From: a virus
Lineage: Duplodnaviria > Caudoviricetes
Strand: one strand, 5' to 3'
DNA length: 64,000 nt
Virus record (IMG/VR): IMGVR_UViG_3300037067_016777
Location: 192,001 to 256,000 of that record
Both the position numbers and the translations under genes were made by a program. This document shows positions 57,929 to 64,000 of the stretch, in pieces (the stretch's first letter is position 1; each line of letters begins with the position of its first letter). Below the pieces are notes generated by a model, which did not search any database, had not been told where the DNA came from, and saw only the letters and a program-made list of their open reading frames with translations.

Positions 57929-58486
57929 ATGTCCGAAGAAGACCAAGTGCAGTCTGAAGATGATGAATTACAATCGTTATTATCAGAATTAACAACTGGC
58001 GATACTACGTTGAACGATACTATCCAAGAAGATATTCCTAATATTGATATACCTGTTGTTCCAGATCCTGAATTTAGCGAACTAACGACAGATTTAGAGC
58101 AGGCCGAGCCACCCAATCTATTAATAGAATCCACTACGACAAATGTTTCCGATCTTAAGGAGATTGTTGAGAAATTTGATCATGATTACGGTGAGGTTCA
58201 AGCCAACCTCAAAAAAGATCGCACTAAGATTGATACAGTTATAGATATTTTGTTGCAACGAGTTAGAGCCCACAACGATGCTGAAACAGACACGATGTCG
58301 TTAGTTAAGGCTCTCGATGTTTTATCTAATACTAACGGTCACTCTATAAAATTGCTTGACTCACGCTCGAAATTACTATCTGCTACTAAAATCGCTATCA
58401 CCGCTAATCAGACTAATGTTAATATTGGTGGTAGCGATGGCGATTGGGCTAAGATATTAAATCAACCGCCAGAGGAAGATGAATAA
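57929..58486 (+). CDS. putative terminase small subunit
   Basis: Helical protein overlapping the TerL start; NQTNVNIG near C-terminus; call is mostly positional. Confidence 0.45.
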   Translation: MSEEDQVQSEDDELQSLLSELTTGDTTLNDTIQEDIPNIDIPVVPDPEFSELTTDLEQAEPPNLLIESTTTNVSDLKEIVEKFDHDYGEVQANLKKDRTKIDTVIDILLQRVRAHNDAETDTMSLVKALDVLSNTNGHSIKLLDSRSKLLSATKIAITANQTNVNIGGSDGDWAKILNQPPEEDE

Positions 58487-60420
58487 TGGGCTTGACTGCC
58501 ACACAGGGCGAAATTGTGCGCCGTTGTCAGAAGTCAACCCTGTTCTTTCTTAGAAATTTTGGAAAGACTAAACACCCGACTGCTGGCATATTGCCGTTTA
58601 ATCCATTTAAATATCAAGCCAGAGCATTAGGTGCTTTCCGTAAGCATAGATTTAACATATTTAAGAAGTCGCGGCAAACTGGTGCAAGCAAAATAGCTGG
58701 TGCGTTTGCATTATGGTTTGCAATGTTTTTCGGCAATAAAACGGTTCTGATAGTATCTAGGACTGACGAGGATGCTATCAATTTTCTGCGTGAAAACATA
58801 ATATTTCTTTTTCGCAATCTTCCGCAATGGATGCAGAATGCTTGTAAGCCGATTAAAGAAAATGAGCATGAAATACAATTTCAGAATGGCTCTCGCATTC
58901 GTTCTTTAACATCTCACCCTGACGTATTACGATCAAATGCGTCTTCTTTGAATATTATCGACGAAGCTGCATTTATTAGAGATATGGGTGTGATGTGGGC
59001 AGCAGGCCAGCCGACTTTGATCCATGGTGGTAGTGTTATAGTAGTTTCAACAACATGCGGTGTTGGTGGTTGGTATTGGAGTACCTGGACAGATGCTGTA
59101 GCCGGACTAAATAACTTCAATCCTATCAATATTGATTGGTGGGATATGGATTGGGAAATACGTTATCGCGATGATATGACAGGAGAGATAAAGGTTATCG
59201 CTCCTACTGAAGGTCTCCGTGATTGTGTAACTCCTGACGAAATAGAAAAATATGGTCCAAAATGGTCTCCATGGCTTGAAGATCAATATCGTCAACTACA
59301 AGAACGCGGTGAAACATGGAAGTTTAGACAAGAAATATTGGCAGAGTTTGTCGGATCTGGTAATACTATCATCGATCGTAGTGTCTTAGCATATTTGCAG
59401 ACACTCGTTAACGACGATTTTAAACGTGTTAAAGGATTGCAGCCATATCTTCATCCGGTAAAGAACGAACACATTAAAGTTAATTTCAATGGTGATAAAA
59501 GAGAGCTAGATAAAGATGAGGGGTTATGGGTATGGAGGCCGCCCGCTCACGGGAAACGCCCAACATATCAAGGAAAGCGATTGATAGATCCAGGCGAACA
59601 ACCACATCGCTATTCGATTGGGATTGATATTGCAACTGGCAAAGGTCGCGATTACTTCGGGTTAGAAGTTCTCGACATCGATGCTCAAGAGCAAGCAGCA
59701 GAAATGATGATACGCTGCTTGCCGAAGCAATTTAAGCTTTTGGCGGATTATATAGGACGATGGTATAATAATGCTTTAATGGTTGTCGAGCGTAATAATG
59801 GTGGCGATGCTTTTATTGATGATATGCGATACGATCTAATGTATCCAAACTTGTGGCGTAAGAAGGACATAAACGATAGACCGAAAAAGAGCTCATCTAC
59901 AGGCGGTTCTATAAAACTAGCTGAATATGGCTTCTATACCGGGCAAGCGTCAAAGCCAACATTAAATAAGGCATTAATTGATTATTTACAACCGCAAGGT
60001 GGATATAAGATTTATAGCCATCGATTAATGAAGCAGCTACAAATTTATGTCCGCAAGAAAGACCGTGCTGGACGTGATACAGATAAAACGGAAGCTGAGG
60101 ATGGTCCTGGCAATCATGACGACTTAGTTATCGGTCTTGGTTTAGCCTGTATCGGCATTAATGACGCAGCGGTACAGATGATTGGAGGATTGATTCCATT
60201 TCAAGAATCAATGCAGGCCGATTTGGGCATCTCAGATAGTAGCAATAGTACTAAATTCGATCCGACTGTATTGTCGCCAATATCTGGCTACGTAGAGATG
60301 TCACCTGATGTTAGTATATCAGGTGAGGTTCTTAGATTTGCAGAGCAATTAGGCGCTTTACCGATAAGCATGGAAAATATGCCGCCTGTATCCAATAAGC
60401 GGCATACACTTATTATTTGA
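58486..60420 (+). CDS. terL: terminase large subunit (T4 gp17-like)
   Basis: KSRQTGAS, IIDEAAF, VSTTCG, GIDIATG.G.D, VERNN.G, HDDLV. Confidence 0.95.
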   Translation: MGLTATQGEIVRRCQKSTLFFLRNFGKTKHPTAGILPFNPFKYQARALGAFRKHRFNIFKKSRQTGASKIAGAFALWFAMFFGNKTVLIVSRTDEDAINFLRENIIFLFRNLPQWMQNACKPIKENEHEIQFQNGSRIRSLTSHPDVLRSNASSLNIIDEAAFIRDMGVMWAAGQPTLIHGGSVIVVSTTCGVGGWYWSTWTDAVAGLNNFNPINIDWWDMDWEIRYRDDMTGEIKVIAPTEGLRDCVTPDEIEKYGPKWSPWLEDQYRQLQERGETWKFRQEILAEFVGSGNTIIDRSVLAYLQTLVNDDFKRVKGLQPYLHPVKNEHIKVNFNGDKRELDKDEGLWVWRPPAHGKRPTYQGKRLIDPGEQPHRYSIGIDIATGKGRDYFGLEVLDIDAQEQAAEMMIRCLPKQFKLLADYIGRWYNNALMVVERNNGGDAFIDDMRYDLMYPNLWRKKDINDRPKKSSSTGGSIKLAEYGFYTGQASKPTLNKALIDYLQPQGGYKIYSHRLMKQLQIYVRKKDRAGRDTDKTEAEDGPGNHDDLVIGLGLACIGINDAAVQMIGGLIPFQESMQADLGISDSSNSTKFDPTVLSPISGYVEMSPDVSISGEVLRFAEQLGALPISMENMPPVSNKRHTLII

Positions 60421-60455
60421 CATTCTGCCTCTAAAAGATATTTTAGAGGTGCAAC

Positions 60456-61370
60456 ATGCCAACTTTATTTAATTTACCACCATATGTTGTTGATAAGGCT
60501 AATTTAGATGTTATGAATTGGGGTATGGCTTTTGAGGGTATCTCTGATATTTGGAAGATAACGAAAGGTCAAAATGTAAAAGTCGCCATATTAGATACTG
60601 GCGTAGCACAGCGACATCAAGATTTAGCTGGTGCTATCGCACAAAGTATCGACTTTACAGGAAGTAAGAACGGTGTTGAAGATCGAGTCGGCCATGGGAC
60701 ATTTTGTGCAGGAATTATTGGTGCACGTCAGAATAAATTTGGAGTTGTTGGTGTTGCACCAGAGTGTCAACTGTTGGTTTGTAAGGTTGCGGCAGATAAT
60801 AAATCGTGTTATGATCAAGCTGTTATTAATGGCCTAAATTGGGCTGCAGCACAGGATGCCGATGTAATCTCGATGAGCATTGGTACGCCAATATCGACAA
60901 ACGAACTTCACAATGCGATTATTACAGCCTCACAAAAGACTATTATTGTATGTGCAGCGGGCAATAATGGACCAGCACTAGACTCTGTTAATTATCCTGC
61001 ACGATATATAGAAACTATTAGCGTTGGTGCTATCGATCGCAATAAGCATGTTCCCAATTATTCATCTCGTGGAGATCGCGTCGATATCGTAGCACCCGGC
61101 GATCAAATAGTCTCATGCTGGCCGCCGAATAATATGGCTATGTTAAGTGGGACAAGTATGGCCTGTCCATTTGTAGCTGGCATCATAGGATTAATGATTG
61201 CTGTTCGAAAGAAAGACGGTAGGACTGAAATGAACAGAAATGAGATAGTTAGTTTGCTATCAGAATCTACGATTGATATAGGTCCACCTGGCAGAGATAA
61301 TATGAGCGGATTTGGATTAATTAATCCAATGCTGCTATTACGTGAATCTGTGGAACATTATCCAAAGTAA
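60456..61370 (+). CDS. subtilisin-family (S8) serine protease
   Basis: ILDTG, GHGTFCAG, AAGN, SGTSMACP. Confidence 0.92.
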   Translation: MPTLFNLPPYVVDKANLDVMNWGMAFEGISDIWKITKGQNVKVAILDTGVAQRHQDLAGAIAQSIDFTGSKNGVEDRVGHGTFCAGIIGARQNKFGVVGVAPECQLLVCKVAADNKSCYDQAVINGLNWAAAQDADVISMSIGTPISTNELHNAIITASQKTIIVCAAGNNGPALDSVNYPARYIETISVGAIDRNKHVPNYSSRGDRVDIVAPGDQIVSCWPPNNMAMLSGTSMACPFVAGIIGLMIAVRKKDGRTEMNRNEIVSLLSESTIDIGPPGRDNMSGFGLINPMLLLRESVEHYPK

Positions 61371-61393
61371 CAACTAATTATAATAATATATTC

Positions 61394-62833
61394 CTAAAGC
61401 TGTTTAATAAAGCACAGTTTTTCACCGCCATACTTTCTAGCATACCCATATTTCTCGGCAAACTCATATTCAGTCATTTTAAGACTTATAGCCCTACCGT
61501 AGAGTGTACGTTTATGCATCACATATCCTTTCAGATCAACATACCAATAGTCAGCTGGCACAGAATGGTGTAGTGCGAAATTACTTGCTTTATAAATCGT
61601 TCCGATATGTCCAACCGTTGTATCGGCATATGCGATTACAAGTTTGCAATCAGCGAATTTTAATGCTCTACTTATTATCCAGGTTGCGAAGTTATCTTTA
61701 TGATATGACGGATGAATACATAATCTAGACAATTCGCGAACTTCTTCGTCTTGCAATCCGAACTGTCCCGCTGTATTCTGGCGTAGTGGAGGACTGAAGA
61801 CAACTACAGCAATCAATTCATCATTCAAAAAAGCACCTATCGATCTTCCACCACGCCCTTTTCCGATATAATGATATAATATTAAGAAATCTGTAGCATT
61901 TGCAGCGCTGATTTCCTTGATTTGTACGTCGTTAAAATTAAATTCCTTTGTTTCTATACCGATTCCAAGCTTCAATTTAAGACGGTCTAGAACTCGGTCT
62001 TTACAATAGAATTCATGCTCCCAAACATACATTATTTCATATTCTGGAAAATAACGAGAAATATAAGTGAATTTAGCTTTGTCATTTCGAGAAGATTTTG
62101 GTAAAGCATGCCAGTAATCTCCTTGGCACTCAACTAATATACTTTTACGATTTACTCCGGGTATCAGACAATCGAAAACATAATATCCTATCTGTGTCCG
62201 TTCACTTTCTTTAAAATATTCAACACCGAGATCGTCTAGGAATTTATAAAGCATATGTTGAATATACGATATTTTGCCAGACTGGGCAGATCTCGCAATT
62301 GCCATTTTAGTGCGATATTCATCATTTTTCCAGGCGCGACGAGCACCAGCTGCGCATAATGCTTTTACATCATCTGAATTCATTATTTTGTGGTGTAATG
62401 CTTTTAATTCTGGATTCTTCCAGTTTTTAATTGATATTTTTCTCAATTTCTCTCTTGCTGCTGTATCTGTATATCTCGCTCTTAATATTGATGATACGTC
62501 TACACTTTTCATTCCTTCTTTTGTAGCGTCTTTTTGTTTGGCTTTGAATTTTTCATCTTTTAGTAAAATCGCAGTACTAATGACCCTTTCTGTACGATAA
62601 GTATCATTTTCCCATTGTTTTTTCATACGACTAGATATTATATCTGATTCCAACTTCTTTACACATGACTGGCACAACCAAGGCATCTGATTATCGATCA
62701 CTGCACTTTTAACTCTTATAATAATAGATCGTGGTTTCTGACAGGTATCGCAGCGACAGATAACCTTTGGGCGCTTGCTGTTTGGTATGCTTGAATAACC
62801 AAATTCTTGTTCTGTCTTTGTCCAGTCAATCAT
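61394..62833 (-). CDS. homing-endonuclease-like protein: Zn-ribbon + helical repeats + Vsr/DUF559-like nuclease + Mom-like GNAT domain
   Basis: FDC...VECQGDYWH...NDKAK; ELSRLC...IAYAD...GTIYKASNF; paralogue of 10106-11710. Confidence 0.7.
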   Translation of the reverse strand: MIDWTKTEQEFGYSSIPNSKRPKVICRCDTCQKPRSIIIRVKSAVIDNQMPWLCQSCVKKLESDIISSRMKKQWENDTYRTERVISTAILLKDEKFKAKQKDATKEGMKSVDVSSILRARYTDTAAREKLRKISIKNWKNPELKALHHKIMNSDDVKALCAAGARRAWKNDEYRTKMAIARSAQSGKISYIQHMLYKFLDDLGVEYFKESERTQIGYYVFDCLIPGVNRKSILVECQGDYWHALPKSSRNDKAKFTYISRYFPEYEIMYVWEHEFYCKDRVLDRLKLKLGIGIETKEFNFNDVQIKEISAANATDFLILYHYIGKGRGGRSIGAFLNDELIAVVVFSPPLRQNTAGQFGLQDEEVRELSRLCIHPSYHKDNFATWIISRALKFADCKLVIAYADTTVGHIGTIYKASNFALHHSVPADYWYVDLKGYVMHKRTLYGRAISLKMTEYEFAEKYGYARKYGGEKLCFIKQL

Positions 62834-62907
62834 TTTACTAGTAGATATATAGTGCTGTTGAATAGATCCACATTAAAAAATACTGTAAATTATACTATAG
62901 GTTGATT

Positions 62908-64000
62908 ATGCCTGCAAATTGGTTGGTGTGGGATCGAATCAGGGAGTTTACCCGTTCTAACCGTATCTATCAGCAAGAACGGATATTACAGGATCAATCT
63001 TCTATAGATAAACTTGCTGTAGGTGGGGATTTTCTAGACTTCTCTTCGCAAAATGCAATTCTCCAGCAAACGAACCTACAGATTAATCGTTTGGAGAGAT
63101 ATAAAGATTATGAGCAGATGGATCAGACAGGTGAGATCAGCTTAGCACTTGATTTATACTCAGATGAGTGTTCACTTATCGACCCAGAGTACAAGCATGG
63201 TTTAATTATCCGAGCCGCTAATAGGAGGATAAAGGAGGATTTAGAGGAATTATTCTTTGATACATTGTTGATTGATAGATGGTTAAGGCCAGCGTCAAGA
63301 TACCTTTGTAAATTCGGTGATGCTGCATTCGAAGTTGTTACCGATAGAAACCGTACTGGTGTTTCATCATTGCGGTTTATGAATATTTATAATTTTACTC
63401 GCATCGAGACGCGATTCGGCGATTTGGTGGGATTCTTTTATCAAGACGAGATGTATCCAGAGCCTGTGTTTATGCATCCTTGGTCCTGTATGCATATGCG
63501 TCTGACGAATTTCGAATCTGTCTATGCTCCATATGGTCGAGCTGTTATCGATGGCTCCCGAAAACCGTTTAAACAGCTACGGTTGATGGAAGATGCTTCG
63601 CTGATCTATCGCATTACGAGAGGACCAGAGAAACGCAAATACAAGATTCCAGTAGGAATGATTCCTCCGAAGGAAGTTCCTGAATATTTGATGAGCATCG
63701 CTAGGATGTTCAAGCGTCAGCGATTTTACAATCCAACTACCGGCACATTCGATGAACGGTTCTCCCCAATCGTCCAAGAAGACGATTTCTTCTTACCTAT
63801 GCGGCCAGACGGTACTGGGCCAGATATTGAAGTTCTCCCTGGTGGCGAGAATATGGATAAGATCTCTGATATCGAGTACTTTAAGAAGAAAATGATTTCT
63901 CCTTTGAAGATACCGTTCGCCCGCGTTGGTATTGGTGAAGGTGCTGGAGAACCGAATGAAAAATCATTAGCTCAATCTGATGCTGAATTTGCTAAAGCTG
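62908..64000 (+). CDS. portal protein (T4 gp20-like), truncated by window end
   Basis: ATG 62908; RYKDYEQMD, KQLRLMEDASLIYRITRGPEKR, EDDFFLP, LPGGENM..I.DIEYF. Confidence 0.93.
   Translation, partial: MPANWLVWDRIREFTRSNRIYQQERILQDQSSIDKLAVGGDFLDFSSQNAILQQTNLQINRLERYKDYEQMDQTGEISLALDLYSDECSLIDPEYKHGLIIRAANRRIKEDLEELFFDTLLIDRWLRPASRYLCKFGDAAFEVVTDRNRTGVSSLRFMNIYNFTRIETRFGDLVGFFYQDEMYPEPVFMHPWSCMHMRLTNFESVYAPYGRAVIDGSRKPFKQLRLMEDASLIYRITRGPEKRKYKIPVGMIPPKEVPEYLMSIARMFKRQRFYNPTTGTFDERFSPIVQEDDFFLPMRPDGTGPDIEVLPGGENMDKISDIEYFKKKMISPLKIPFARVGIGEGAGEPNEKSLAQSDAEFAKA

Overview
A 64-kb segment of a large, AT-rich T4-like (myovirus-type, probably jumbo) phage genome. It carries most of the virion morphogenesis module: neck/gp13-, gp14- and gp15-like proteins, tail sheath, three tail-tube paralogues, gp26/gp51-like proteins, fibre-like proteins, baseplate hub, tape measure, gp53/gp5/gp25/gp6-like baseplate proteins, terminase and the 5' part of the portal. 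Interspersed are a Holliday-junction-resolvase-like nuclease, a glycosyltransferase cluster, primase, intein-containing class II RNR (nrdJ) and UvsW-like helicase, a gp55-like sigma factor, a tRNA-Gly with the rare ACC anticodon and several free-standing homing-endonuclease-like genes. The most striking feature is a fractured neck (gp13-like) gene. A 3414-bp insertion (12169-15582) leaves the N-half fused to a complete Hint/intein domain that stops at His with no terminal Asn, and the C-half fused behind a small SprT-like HExxH metalloprotease. A TnsA-like endonuclease and a putative restriction-modification pair lie between the halves. This suggests an undescribed way for a selfish cassette to sit in an essential gene (self-removing tags on both halves, possibly protease-assisted trans-ligation). 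Other notable points: ATT start codons on two tail-tube paralogues, an HNH nuclease whose C-terminus copies a tail-sheath peptide, nuclease-Mom-like GNAT fusions, and Planctomycete-type domains in the fibre proteins. All assignments come from motif recognition by eye; no database searches were run.
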